Assembly: GCA_049975265.1 (NCBI GenBank)
Contig: JBNGDF010000001.1
Location: 96,001-160,000, forward strand
Length of the DNA stretch: 64,000 nt
DNA from: Fidelibacterota bacterium
Lineage (GTDB): Bacteria > Fidelibacterota > UBA2242
Reading direction: 5' to 3'
Below, piece by piece: positions 34,217 through 43,703 of the stretch. Below the pieces are notes generated by a model. The model did no database searches and was not told where the DNA came from. It saw only the letters and a list, made by a program, of their open reading frames with translations. The position numbers were made by a program, and so were the translations under genes. Numbering within the stretch: the first letter of the stretch is position 1; the number at the start of each line of letters is the position of its first letter.

Positions 34217-35918
34217 AAGAAAAGCCGTTAGACTACGGAACCATATTTATCTATGCGGATTGCTGCTGGTTTTTGTCGGCACGGTTTCGGCGAGCCAGAT
34301 CCATGTGAATATCGATGATCCGGTCTATCTTTTTCTGGATCGCTTAACAACCGCAGGGTTCCTGCCGGGGAACCTGAACGACACTCGCCCGTTTACCCGG
34401 GACAAAGTCGCCGGGTTGCTTTTAATGATTTATGAAAAGCGCGCAGAGCTGAATCGGATCGACCAGGCAATTCTCGATGAATATTTAGCCGACTACAGGA
34501 TGGAAATTTCCCCGTCTCAAAAGCATTTTCAGATTCCCGCTGGTGAAAACACCTTTTTCTTTTTCAGATCTTTTAAAAATATGAAAACGGGTTTTCGGAA
34601 TATAGCAAAATGGGAAGATAACCGGGAGAAGCAGCATCTGCTCGTGTACGAAAAGGAGGACGAAGTCGTCTGGGTGGACTGGAGCGAAGCGCTCCGTATA
34701 GAGTCGAAAAATGGCTCCTATCGCCCGCTGAACCGTGATGCGATTCACCTGTCCGCCCAGCTGGGTGAGCACTTTTCAGCCTATTTCGATGGTATCCGCT
34801 ATGTCCAGTATAACGTGAATAATTACACGGAGTTGACGGAGGACTATAAGGGCGGATTTTCCCAAAAGCCGAAAGAGGAGACGTTTGACTTGCAGGGATT
34901 TGATTATTCCAACGCTTACATTCAGGTGTCCGGCAAGTACGGTCTGTTCGGGATGGGCAGTGAGCCGTTGTATTGGGGTAACAGCCCAAACTCGCTGATA
35001 TTGTCGGACAATGTGACCCCCTTTCCTTTTTTCAGCTGGCAGAAGAGTTTCAAACAGGCGCAGTTTACCTTTTTTCACGGGTCGCTCTTGCCGAAGGAGT
35101 TTGAAAGAGATTCGACGGGTGAGAAGATTTTCAGTAAAAAATATCTGGTTGGTCATCGCTGGGAAATGGCGATCGGGAAAAAGTTTAATTTCAGTTTTTC
35201 CGAGCTCTATATTTACGGCAACCGCGATATGGAACTGGCTTATCTTATTCCTCCAATCATGCTCTGGCCGACTCAGCACAACTTGATGGACCGTGACAAT
35301 GCGACTATGGCAGTGGAGTTTGAATATCTGCCGGTGAGCAGATTTAAAATTTACGGAACACTGTTTTTAGATGAATTCACAACGACCCGGATTTTTGATG
35401 ATTACTGGGCGAATAAACAGGGCGTCCAGCTGGGAGTTCACTATGCTCCTTTTAAAATGCCCACCGATTTTCGATTTGAATTTACAGCTGTGCATCCCTG
35501 GACCTATACCCATAAGTACTTTTATAATTCCTACACACATAACGGCGTTGATCTGGGATTTTACGCCGGACCCAATTCGCAGCTCTGGTTTTTTGAGAAT
35601 CAGTGGTGGCTGAGCAAGCGGCTGTATGCCACCTTGCGGTATCGGTGTTTGAAACACGGTGTCGAGCCGTTGCCGGAGGATCATCCCGACTATTTTCCCA
35701 TCGGTAGCAGTTCCAACCAGAATTATAACAACCGCAATGAAGCTTTGGACGACAAGACAACCTGGTTAATGGGAGATATCGAGACAACCAATGAATATCA
35801 GATTTTGATTTCTTACCGTTTGAGAAAAGAATTCTTTCTGGACTGGGGCTTTAAAATAAGAGCTGTGGATGACACAACCAACCGCTATTTTTCCTTTCAG
35901 GTTCGCTTTGATTATTAA
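34200..35918 (+). CDS. Capsule assembly Wzi-like outer-membrane protein
   Basis: Signal peptide; VYLFLDRL..RPFTR; WG..SLILSDN..F; GHRWE; PWTYTH..YTH..LG..GPNS; C-terminal FQVRFDY. Confidence 0.65.
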   Translation: MREVGRRKAVRLRNHIYLCGLLLVFVGTVSASQIHVNIDDPVYLFLDRLTTAGFLPGNLNDTRPFTRDKVAGLLLMIYEKRAELNRIDQAILDEYLADYRMEISPSQKHFQIPAGENTFFFFRSFKNMKTGFRNIAKWEDNREKQHLLVYEKEDEVVWVDWSEALRIESKNGSYRPLNRDAIHLSAQLGEHFSAYFDGIRYVQYNVNNYTELTEDYKGGFSQKPKEETFDLQGFDYSNAYIQVSGKYGLFGMGSEPLYWGNSPNSLILSDNVTPFPFFSWQKSFKQAQFTFFHGSLLPKEFERDSTGEKIFSKKYLVGHRWEMAIGKKFNFSFSELYIYGNRDMELAYLIPPIMLWPTQHNLMDRDNATMAVEFEYLPVSRFKIYGTLFLDEFTTTRIFDDYWANKQGVQLGVHYAPFKMPTDFRFEFTAVHPWTYTHKYFYNSYTHNGVDLGFYAGPNSQLWFFENQWWLSKRLYATLRYRCLKHGVEPLPEDHPDYFPIGSSSNQNYNNRNEALDDKTTWLMGDIETTNEYQILISYRLRKEFFLDWGFKIRAVDDTTNRYFSFQVRFDY

Positions 35919-35920
35919 TC

Positions 35921-36814
35921 ATGGCTGACGGTTTAAGCAAAAGATGGCTCCGGTCGGTTGCCGGGCTTGCGCTGAAATTGTTCGTTTCGGCAGGGATTCT
36001 CTATCTGATATTTACCCGAACCGACATTCATCATATTGGAGACGCACTGTTAATGACCGGCTGGCGGACGGTTGGGTTGGTGCTGATAGCCGGTCTGGGC
36101 ATCTGGTGGGTTGAATATTGGCGATTTTATGCAACGGTTGAACCGCTTCTTGACGGGAATATTGAAACGCCTCTTTGGCGGGTTTTTTTTAGCGGATATG
36201 CCTTTCGGTTTGTCATCCCGGGCGGACACGGTGAGCTGGGCAGGATGCTATTTATCGGCGGACGCTATTCCCGGCGATTGCTGGCGTATATTATTGATAA
36301 GGGCAGCTTGGCAGTTGTGGTGCTATTGACCGGGTTTTTTGGTGTCTGGACGTTATATCGGCAATATAGTTCTTATTACTGCTTTTTACTGCTGGTGATC
36401 CCGATTTTGATTTTACTTTTATGGATCATCTTCAGGAAACGCCGTAAAGTTTTCACCGGTTTCGGAGCCTATCCTTACAGAGCAGTGCTGCCGAAAACTA
36501 TCCCGCTCTCTCTGCTGCATATACTTTTAATGGCGCTGCAATACTGGTTGGTTTTGCGCTGTTTTGATATATCTTTTTGGGCTGCCTGCGGGACTGTAGG
36601 TGTGGTCATGACCGCACTGATGCTACCGATCTCTCTGGCTGGTCTCGGTGTACGGGAGTGGGTCTCTCTGCAACTTCTGGCGCAGTTTGATATTACCCGA
36701 GAGGTGGCTTTACTGGCACCATTGCTGGTATTCCTATGTAATGTTTTGGTGCCAGCGCTAATCGGGGTCGCAACGCTGATATTATTCAAAATGAAACCGC
36801 GTTTGCGGAGCTGA
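35921..36814 (+). CDS. Lysylphosphatidylglycerol synthase TM / flippase-like domain protein (UPF0104)
   Basis: Multi-TM; PGGHGELGR and LPISLAGLGVRE motifs. Confidence 0.8.
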   Translation: MADGLSKRWLRSVAGLALKLFVSAGILYLIFTRTDIHHIGDALLMTGWRTVGLVLIAGLGIWWVEYWRFYATVEPLLDGNIETPLWRVFFSGYAFRFVIPGGHGELGRMLFIGGRYSRRLLAYIIDKGSLAVVVLLTGFFGVWTLYRQYSSYYCFLLLVIPILILLLWIIFRKRRKVFTGFGAYPYRAVLPKTIPLSLLHILLMALQYWLVLRCFDISFWAACGTVGVVMTALMLPISLAGLGVREWVSLQLLAQFDITREVALLAPLLVFLCNVLVPALIGVATLILFKMKPRLRS

Positions 36815-36822
36815 TTGCGGTT

Positions 36823-38184
36823 TTACATTAATATTAGCGTCGCAATGGAAAAATAGACCAGCATACCGGTAATGTCAAGAGATGTCGTCACAATCGGGCT
36901 GGTGGCAACCGCCGGGTCAACATTAATGCGCTGTAACAGCATCGGTACCAGAGTCCCCAGCATCGCCGCAATAACCAGTTCGCAGCAGAGCGATACCCCG
37001 ATGACTGGCCCGATCAATAAAATATTTTCTGTTGCTCTGTAAAAGATATTGGAGAATAGGGTCAGCAACATGCCAAAGGCGATTCCCAGAAAGAAACCGA
37101 TAATAATCTGCCCGATTAAAACTTTAAATATTTGTTGAATGTTTATTCGTCCGGTCGCTAATCCGCGTACGATAATAGTGGACGACTGGGAACCGACGTT
37201 GCCGCCCATGCCGGCGATAATCGGCATAAAGGCTGCCAATATTACAAACCGGTTCAGCAATTGGTGGAAGCTGACCACAATGCCAGATACGATTAAGCCG
37301 CCGATGAAGGTGGCGAAGAGCCATGGAAAACGGATTTTGGCGGCTTCGACAGGCGTCTTTAAAAGAATTTCCCGGTCCTTTCCGACACCAGCCATCTGTA
37401 AAAAGTCTTCGGTGGCTTCTTCCCGAATCACGTCAATGATATCATCAACGGTGACAATCCCCAGGAGGTGGTTTTCCCGATCCACCACCGGTAGCGCCAG
37501 AAAATTATAGCGGCTGATAATGCGGGCAACTTCTTCCTGATCGGTATCCGGATGAACGGTAACCAGCTTTTTGATCATGATGTTTTGCAGGATGGTTTTC
37601 GGCGAGACCATCAGCAGTTGGCGCAGCGAGATGATGCCCGTCAGGCGGTCGTTATCATCGACAACATAGATGTAGAAAACCATCTCAGCATCTTTTTGTT
37701 CATGAATCGCATTGATGGCATCCTGAACCGTGTCCTGTTCATGCATTTTAAAAGGCAGCGGCACCATAATCCCGCCGGCTGTATCCGGATCGTACATCAT
37801 CAGTTCTTCCAGATCTTCAGAATCGGTGCTGCTCATCAGGTTTAGCACCTCTTTGCTCAGATCCTCCGGTATCTGCGCCAGTAAATCTGCCTGATCGTCA
37901 GGTGCCATCTCCTTCAGCAGTTCGGCAATGTCTTTGGGGGCGGAATCCCGCAGGATTTCCACCAGAATGGATTGATCGAGTTCCGTCAGAAACTCGGCTT
38001 TATACGTGCGGTCGGAAATCAGCTTGAAAACGGTCTGGCGTTCGGCGTCGGTAAAAGAGCGGAAAAGCGCCGCCAGATCCGCCGGGTGGGTTTTCATGAT
38101 CATCTTCTGAGTGTTGGTACGGGCATTGCGGCGAATCAGCCGCCGGAATGCATCCTGTAAAATAATAAACTCACGGTCCAGCAT
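36823..38184 (-). CDS. mgtE: Magnesium transporter MgtE
   Basis: HPADLA, DTAGGIM, CBS pair, GIVTVDD, R.PWL, GMGGNVGSQ, DPAVATSP..TT..D. Confidence 0.96.
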   Translation of the reverse strand: MLDREFIILQDAFRRLIRRNARTNTQKMIMKTHPADLAALFRSFTDAERQTVFKLISDRTYKAEFLTELDQSILVEILRDSAPKDIAELLKEMAPDDQADLLAQIPEDLSKEVLNLMSSTDSEDLEELMMYDPDTAGGIMVPLPFKMHEQDTVQDAINAIHEQKDAEMVFYIYVVDDNDRLTGIISLRQLLMVSPKTILQNIMIKKLVTVHPDTDQEEVARIISRYNFLALPVVDRENHLLGIVTVDDIIDVIREEATEDFLQMAGVGKDREILLKTPVEAAKIRFPWLFATFIGGLIVSGIVVSFHQLLNRFVILAAFMPIIAGMGGNVGSQSSTIIVRGLATGRINIQQIFKVLIGQIIIGFFLGIAFGMLLTLFSNIFYRATENILLIGPVIGVSLCCELVIAAMLGTLVPMLLQRINVDPAVATSPIVTTSLDITGMLVYFSIATLILM

Positions 38185-38204
38185 GAATCACCTCCTTCGA
38201 ATGA

Positions 38205-39062
38205 CTATCTGTCGCCCCTTTTTGGCGGATTGCCCGATTGATCATCGATGAATAAAAACTCGTCGCGCCGCTCGTCTGCCGGTGTCGCCCGCCGGAACCA
38301 GTACATGCCACAGAATAATAATACAATTCCGATCAACAAAATGACGGGTGAGACATGCCCCTTCCACTCATACCAAATCAGTTTACCATCATCAAGATGG
38401 GTGAACAGAATGGCGACGCCATTGTTGACGGCGTGAATAATAAAAGATATCCAGACGGAATTCGTGCGCCAGGCGACATATCCCATAAAGACCCCGATAA
38501 TATATATTTGTACAATCCACCAGGGATTGAAATGAATAAAGGCAAATATCAGCGCCGAATACAGCACGGCTCTGGTAATATCCCGGATACGGTATTCCAG
38601 GATACGCTGCAGAAATCCGCGGAAGACCAGCTCTTCAATCAGGGGCGCAATAATCACCACAACGCCGATGATAAAGATCGCCGAAAGCGGATCGGAAATG
38701 GTGACAATTTCCTGAATTTTTGAAAATTCCAAAGGCGTAGGCGCCAATGTCTGGGCGATTCGATCCAGTTCGTCGATAATGACAGTCAGACCGATAGCTA
38801 GTGGCAGCGCCGCCGCTACCGCCCCCAGTGGTACGGGATTGATTCGAAAAATCTTACGCAGGCTGGCACTGTTCTTTGTTGCCCAGAAATAGATCGGCAG
38901 GGGCAGAAAGAGTTCTCCGATCAGCAAGCCCATCTGCACCGAGGTAATCCCGATAATTGTCGGTGATAAAAACATGACAGCACCGGCGGTGATGGATGCC
39001 AGGACCAATCCGACGATCAGAAGAATAATAGCGGTTTTTATCGAAGGAATGCTATTGAACAT
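38205..39062 (-). CDS. CPBP (CAAX/Abi-type) intramembrane metalloprotease
   Basis: APLIEELVFRG, FAFIH and IIHAVNN motifs; multi-TM. Confidence 0.9.
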   Translation of the reverse strand: MFNSIPSIKTAIILLIVGLVLASITAGAVMFLSPTIIGITSVQMGLLIGELFLPLPIYFWATKNSASLRKIFRINPVPLGAVAAALPLAIGLTVIIDELDRIAQTLAPTPLEFSKIQEIVTISDPLSAIFIIGVVVIIAPLIEELVFRGFLQRILEYRIRDITRAVLYSALIFAFIHFNPWWIVQIYIIGVFMGYVAWRTNSVWISFIIHAVNNGVAILFTHLDDGKLIWYEWKGHVSPVILLIGIVLLFCGMYWFRRATPADERRDEFLFIDDQSGNPPKRGDR

Positions 39063-39095
39063 TGGATTACACTGTTTTGTGTTAAAGGGCGTGTG

Positions 39096-39124
39096 AATTT
39101 AGACAGGCGGGCGGCTAAAGTCAA
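39096..39124 (-). promoter_or_regulatory. Putative promoter of CPBP-mgtE
   Basis: Minus strand TTGACT-N17-TAAATT. Confidence 0.65.
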
Positions 39125-39161
39125 GAACTTGCCCCCTGTGGATATTACTTTTCACCGCCGT

Positions 39162-39689
39162 TCAATCCGGGGCGAGCTGGTTGAATAGTGTTCGGATTGC
39201 CGTAGTGTCCGGGGCGGAAAATCCCTGCTTGAAACAGACAATCTCACCGTCTACGTTGATTCCCACCAGTGTCGGCGTGGCCTGGGCGGTAAAGTTTTCC
39301 GCAATCTTTCCGTAGCGGTCCAGCAGGACCGGCAGGGTATAGTTCATCTTGCGAATGTAGGCTTGAACCGTATGTGGATCTTCGCCCACATTGACCAGAT
39401 AGATCCTGATTTCAGGATATTCTCTGCTCAGGGTATGCAGATAGGGAATCTCTTTTCGGCAGGCTACACAGTAACTGGTGAAGAAGGAAAACACGATTGG
39501 TCCTTTTAAGTCCGGGCGGGCGCGGGGTCCGACATAGCGGCTGAGGAAAAAATCTTTTCCGTCGAGAGTCCTGGCATAACAACCCGGTGCCGTTGTTCCC
39601 GTCGAGAGCTGTTTTGTTGGATTGACAGAGAGGCTGTCGGCTCCCGAAATTGTAGTGATCAGTAAAACAGGCAGGATAAACAGACGCAT
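39162..39689 (-). CDS. TlpA/ResA-like thiol-disulfide oxidoreductase, exported
   Basis: Signal MRLFILPVLLITTISGA; FFTSYCVACRKEIP (CxxC); PVLLD; ATPT. Confidence 0.85.
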   Translation of the reverse strand: MRLFILPVLLITTISGADSLSVNPTKQLSTGTTAPGCYARTLDGKDFFLSRYVGPRARPDLKGPIVFSFFTSYCVACRKEIPYLHTLSREYPEIRIYLVNVGEDPHTVQAYIRKMNYTLPVLLDRYGKIAENFTAQATPTLVGINVDGEIVCFKQGFSAPDTTAIRTLFNQLAPD

Positions 39690-39690
39690 A

Positions 39691-40584
39691 TCAGGTCTCC
39701 TCCGGGCGCAGTAGTTCGTGCAGGAGAATTCCGGCAGAAACTGCCACATTCAGAGATTCTCCGCTGCCGTGCTTCGGAACCGCTATAATGTCATGGGCGG
39801 CATATTTAACCGCTTCTGGTAAACCGTGTGATTCACTGCCCAGAACCAAGCCCCAGTGTTTGTGTGGACAGGGTTGTACCGGTTTCCCGCCGGGATCGGC
39901 GCAGAATACCGCAATATTCTTTTGAATACAATAGTCTAAAAGATCATCAGGGGCGACATTTTGCCATATGGAAACGTGGAAAACGGCGCCCATCGATCCA
40001 CGTACAACTTTTGGAGAGTAGGGATCGACGCTGTTGGGGGAGATTATGATATGCCGGATACCAAACCAGCAGGCGGTTCTGAGGATGGTTCCCAAGTTGC
40101 CGGGATCGTTGATTTCCCAGAGAAATAGAAAGGGTGATTGTTCAGTATCTTCCGGCGGAAAAGAGTATTCCGGCAGGCTGGCAATGGCAAGAACACCCTC
40201 CGGATTTTTCTGTGAGCTAATGGATCGTATATCTGCATCCCTGACAATTTTAACCGTATCCCAGTCGACAGGAATCCCGCTGAAGATGTTTTTCTCATAA
40301 GCAGAGTGACCGAGATAGATCCGCCCGACCGGAAAGTGTGCCTCCAGCGCCTCCTTTAGGAGCTTGGCTCCCTCGAGCATGAACTGCTGCTGGCGGTAGC
40401 GGAATTTTTTCTGCTGAAGAGCAGTGACCTGCTGCCGTTCCGGGCGGGATAGCCGAAAAACCGGTTGATCTTCTCCTGACTTCTTGAATCTCTCTGGATT
40501 TCGACGGTTGCCATCATTATATTTGCGGGGGTGTTGTACAGTGTTCACAAAAGATAAGTTATTGATAGCAGGCAAATGAAACAA
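39691..40584 (-). CDS. TrmH/SpoU family RNA 2'-O-methyltransferase (true start uncertain)
   Basis: LQQKKFR..F.LEG; INDPGNLGTILRTA; KVVRGSMG; LGSESHGL; ESLNVAVSAGI. Confidence 0.9.
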   Translation of the reverse strand: MFHLPAINNLSFVNTVQHPRKYNDGNRRNPERFKKSGEDQPVFRLSRPERQQVTALQQKKFRYRQQQFMLEGAKLLKEALEAHFPVGRIYLGHSAYEKNIFSGIPVDWDTVKIVRDADIRSISSQKNPEGVLAIASLPEYSFPPEDTEQSPFLFLWEINDPGNLGTILRTACWFGIRHIIISPNSVDPYSPKVVRGSMGAVFHVSIWQNVAPDDLLDYCIQKNIAVFCADPGGKPVQPCPHKHWGLVLGSESHGLPEAVKYAAHDIIAVPKHGSGESLNVAVSAGILLHELLRPEET

Positions 40585-41736
40585 GCCCGCAACATCAGAG
40601 AAATGTTACACATGCTGGTTCTTTTTAGACGGGCGGCGCGGGTCGTATTGCTCTATTCCTGTCACGGATTGCTCAACTATTGGATTCGCCGACGCCCGGT
40701 TTTGAAAAAAAGTCAGATCGGACTGCCCGGAAGAGACAAGATTCATCCGGCTGTTCTTTATACAACAGCAATATCCGAAAAACGCCCGGTATTTGTCGTA
40801 GTTGCCGGAACGAGTGCCTTTGCCCGGAAGCGTCAGCGCCTGAACTGCTTTGCCAAAGCCCTGGCACTGGTTGGTTATCACGTAATCATTGTAAAAAATG
40901 AAAATGGGCAGCATATCCCGGGTACAATTGATCCGACAGAAATCGGTGAAATTATTGAGGCAGTTTCCCTGGATGAGCGGTTTGACAGCAGCCGGATTGT
41001 GCTGGTGGGTGCCGATTTCAGTTCAGCCTGTTTACTGGCGGCAATGAATAATGCAGAAGCCCTTTGGAAAATCCACAGCTTTCTTTTTCTATCACCGGTG
41101 ACGGATATAAGCAGTCTCATCAATTTTGCTTTTCGGGGTCGGGTCAAAATCCGGGGTCGCTGGTTTTACCGCTCCTCTTCCGTCAAAATCCGACTTCTTT
41201 ATCTGTTGTTCGTCCTGAAAACCGGTCTGTCTCCCGATCAATTTGAGCGGGTATCCGGCATTATATCTCTGCTGCTATCAGACCGTCCGACGACGGCATT
41301 TCAGAAAGTTCAGACCCTTGAGTCGGATATTCACCACCTGCTGCTGGCTGTTTATAGGGGGGATATGGATACTAATGCCGTCCGGAGTTTGACGGAAATA
41401 TACCGGCGTGATCTGGATGCGTCGTATAGCGAGGCGATTCCATCATGTGATCTCGAACGCCCGGTCTTTATTGTACACAGTATCCTTGATGAGGATGTTG
41501 ATTGCGGGCAGGGTCAGCTGCTCTGGGAGAAGCTGTCCAGCTCGGCAGGTGTTTACCTGCATTTGACGGATTTTGTGCTTGCCGACGGATGCCGGTCGCT
41601 TGTCACCAATCCGGCGAAATGGGTCTGGGGTGCTTTCGACATGACCCGTGCTCTTTACAGAGTACTGGCGTATCTTTACAGTGATAAAAATTTACCCTAT
41701 AATCCCACCCAAACAGCCCTTCGGATGCGTATTTAA
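40576..41736 (+). CDS. Alpha/beta-hydrolase-fold-like protein, atypical active site
   Basis: PVFVVVAG..FAKALALVGYHV; RIVLVGADFSS (nucleophile elbow position); PVFIVHSILDEDV. Confidence 0.5.
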   Translation: MKQARNIREMLHMLVLFRRAARVVLLYSCHGLLNYWIRRRPVLKKSQIGLPGRDKIHPAVLYTTAISEKRPVFVVVAGTSAFARKRQRLNCFAKALALVGYHVIIVKNENGQHIPGTIDPTEIGEIIEAVSLDERFDSSRIVLVGADFSSACLLAAMNNAEALWKIHSFLFLSPVTDISSLINFAFRGRVKIRGRWFYRSSSVKIRLLYLLFVLKTGLSPDQFERVSGIISLLLSDRPTTAFQKVQTLESDIHHLLLAVYRGDMDTNAVRSLTEIYRRDLDASYSEAIPSCDLERPVFIVHSILDEDVDCGQGQLLWEKLSSSAGVYLHLTDFVLADGCRSLVTNPAKWVWGAFDMTRALYRVLAYLYSDKNLPYNPTQTALRMRI

Positions 41737-41747
41737 TATGACAATCA

Positions 41748-41774
41748 AAACGGATCGGAGTAACCGACCCGTTT
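41748..41774. terminator. Terminator between convergent genes
   Basis: AAACGGATCGG-AGTAA-CCGACCCGTTT; fully paired (with one G-U) on the minus strand. Confidence 0.65.
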
Positions 41775-41804
41775 CTGTTCCGCCAGTGTTCGTGAATTAA
41801 TCGT

Positions 41805-43463
41805 CTATTTTGATTTTTCGATCTTCTTGAGCTGCTTTTCAGCCTTTTTGGCGCTCTTGGAATCTGGGTAATTGGTGACGATCAGATTAAGCGTTTCGAC
41901 GGTTTTATCATGATCGTTCAGTTTACTGCTGTAAATGTCGGCAGCTTTATCCAGGGCATTAACGATATTTTCGGCAGCGGGGTATTTATCATATAGTTTC
42001 ATATATTCAGCGATTGCAGATTCGTACTGTTTGTGTCTTGCGTATAGGTCTCCGGCAGCCATAATAGCTTGGTGAGCGTCCGGTGAGCCCGGAAAGCGGT
42101 CATCAACCGACAGGTAGGTGGCAATGGCATCCTGAATCAGATTCATTTGATCCGCCAGAATTACCGCCTTGCGCATGAGCGCATCGGTACTGAGATGGTC
42201 CTTTCCGGCTTCCATGAACAGATCGCCGGCAATTTGGTATTCGGTGGTCGCCTGCTCCCAGTTCTGCTTTTTAATATCGGCGATTTGGGCGATGCGATGA
42301 TGCGCATAAACGGCGAGAGTATCGTCAGGAAAAAGGTTTATAAAGCGGTAAAGGGTCTCGATGGCTTGATCGTATTCCTCGAATTCTTTTTCCTGCAGCC
42401 GGGCGGATTGATAAAGAGCGACAGCCATTTCCGGACTATTAGGATAAAAGATCATCAGCCGGTGGTAAGTGATAAAGGCGCTCTGCGGGCGCAGATTTTC
42501 GGCATAATATTGTGCCAGCCAGAGACAGATTTGCGGTGCATATTCAGAAAAGGGGTAAAGTTGCAGATAGGTCTGGGCTTCGTTCGGAAACATCGCCTTG
42601 ACAGCCGGGTCCGGAAAATCCTTGAGCAGTTCCACGAACCTGAAGTAGCGGGTTTCCACGTCGGGGTAAGCCGGCGTGGAGGCGACCACGTTCATTAAAA
42701 AGTCGGTATAGCTTTTGTATGTTTTTTCAGTCTGGAAAATCCCGGCGCGGATGGTCTTGATCTCCTCGGCTAAAGGGGATTCGGGATATAGAAAGATGAA
42801 TTTGATTATTGATCGTTCAGCGTTAGCCCAGTCCTGCTTGCGAATATAGATTTGGGTCAGAAAATCCTGTATGGAGTCACAGCGCGCAGCCGGGAAATAG
42901 GTATCGAGATATTGTTCCAGCTGGTTGACCTGAAACGGATGAATATCCTCGATATCGGTGGTCAGAATTAAAAAGCCTGACCTGGTTTTTTTCTCCTGAC
43001 GTTTGACAAATTTTTCATATTCAAAATACTTTTGCTCGCTTTCGGGATCGAATTGCGGTTCTCCAGTGGCAACGATTGCCGATGTTGTCGTTTGCCGGGC
43101 TTTTAAACTATCTTGCAAGGCACGGATGGTCTTTCTGTATTTGGTGATTTCCATGGAGTTCTGATTGAGAATATCGGTGATCTGAGTATTGAGAAGCGTC
43201 ACCAGCGAGTCTTTCTGTTCCATTAACTTTTCGTCATAGACCAGCGTCATTGAATCGATAATAAACTGCCGTAGCGTCTGAATGTCACCGACAGCCTCCT
43301 CCTCAACGGCTTGTTGAAATTCATACTCCTGTCGCCCGGCGAGAGTATCAACGAGACTATCTAGAGAGTCGGTCTGAGCCCTCAGGCAGATGGAAGCAAT
43401 CATAACGATCAGGACCGGTAAAAGCAACCGGTCCGCAGGGGAACAAAGGAATGATTTATTCAT
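41805..43463 (-). CDS. Exported TPR protein (BamD/CpoB-like repeats) with N-terminal coiled coil
   Basis: Signal peptide; repeated xYPxS motifs (LYPESP, LYPFSE, FYPNSP, LFPDDT, RFPGSP, KYPAAE, NYPDSK). Confidence 0.75.
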   Translation of the reverse strand: MNKSFLCSPADRLLLPVLIVMIASICLRAQTDSLDSLVDTLAGRQEYEFQQAVEEEAVGDIQTLRQFIIDSMTLVYDEKLMEQKDSLVTLLNTQITDILNQNSMEITKYRKTIRALQDSLKARQTTTSAIVATGEPQFDPESEQKYFEYEKFVKRQEKKTRSGFLILTTDIEDIHPFQVNQLEQYLDTYFPAARCDSIQDFLTQIYIRKQDWANAERSIIKFIFLYPESPLAEEIKTIRAGIFQTEKTYKSYTDFLMNVVASTPAYPDVETRYFRFVELLKDFPDPAVKAMFPNEAQTYLQLYPFSEYAPQICLWLAQYYAENLRPQSAFITYHRLMIFYPNSPEMAVALYQSARLQEKEFEEYDQAIETLYRFINLFPDDTLAVYAHHRIAQIADIKKQNWEQATTEYQIAGDLFMEAGKDHLSTDALMRKAVILADQMNLIQDAIATYLSVDDRFPGSPDAHQAIMAAGDLYARHKQYESAIAEYMKLYDKYPAAENIVNALDKAADIYSSKLNDHDKTVETLNLIVTNYPDSKSAKKAEKQLKKIEKSK

Positions 43464-43703
43464 ATGGTAACCTCATGTAGCTTGTTTTCCCTTTATAATA
43501 AGCAATTTAAAAGATATTTTATAAAAGTTTGTCGTTTTTCCAAAAAAAATCAATGCCTCTGGAAAAAATTCGGCTCGTTTTTGGTGTTTTCGGGCGATGA
43601 TTCGGTTCATTATTAATAAAATTAAGAAAAATTTGATAAAAAACTTTATCTTTAAAAATCTTATTTGCAACTTTAGGTATGGATCGTTTCAAGGAGGATT
43701 AGT

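Noticed and set aside
26675..39062. Possible RiPP cluster (small ORF, SagB-like oxidase, radical SAM, CPBP protease)
   Set aside because: Genes are dispersed on different strands among housekeeping genes; no YcaO, RRE/SPASM domain or Cys/Ser/Thr-rich precursor; the SagB-like protein has a signal peptide
38205..39062. CPBP/'Abi' protein as a phage-defence gene
   Set aside because: Ordinary CAAX-type protease motifs in a housekeeping context upstream of mgtE; no defence-island features
40534..40550. Rex-like operator (TTGTAC..TTCACAA)
   Set aside because: Only one good half-site, and spacing is 1 nt short of TTGTGAA-N4-TTCACAA
43473..43670. 65-aa minus-strand ORF in an AT-rich gap
   Set aside because: Low-complexity K/F/I composition expected from AT-rich divergent promoter DNA; no SD. 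A GATAAA-N4-TTTATC repeat at 43635-43650 is too weak in this background to call
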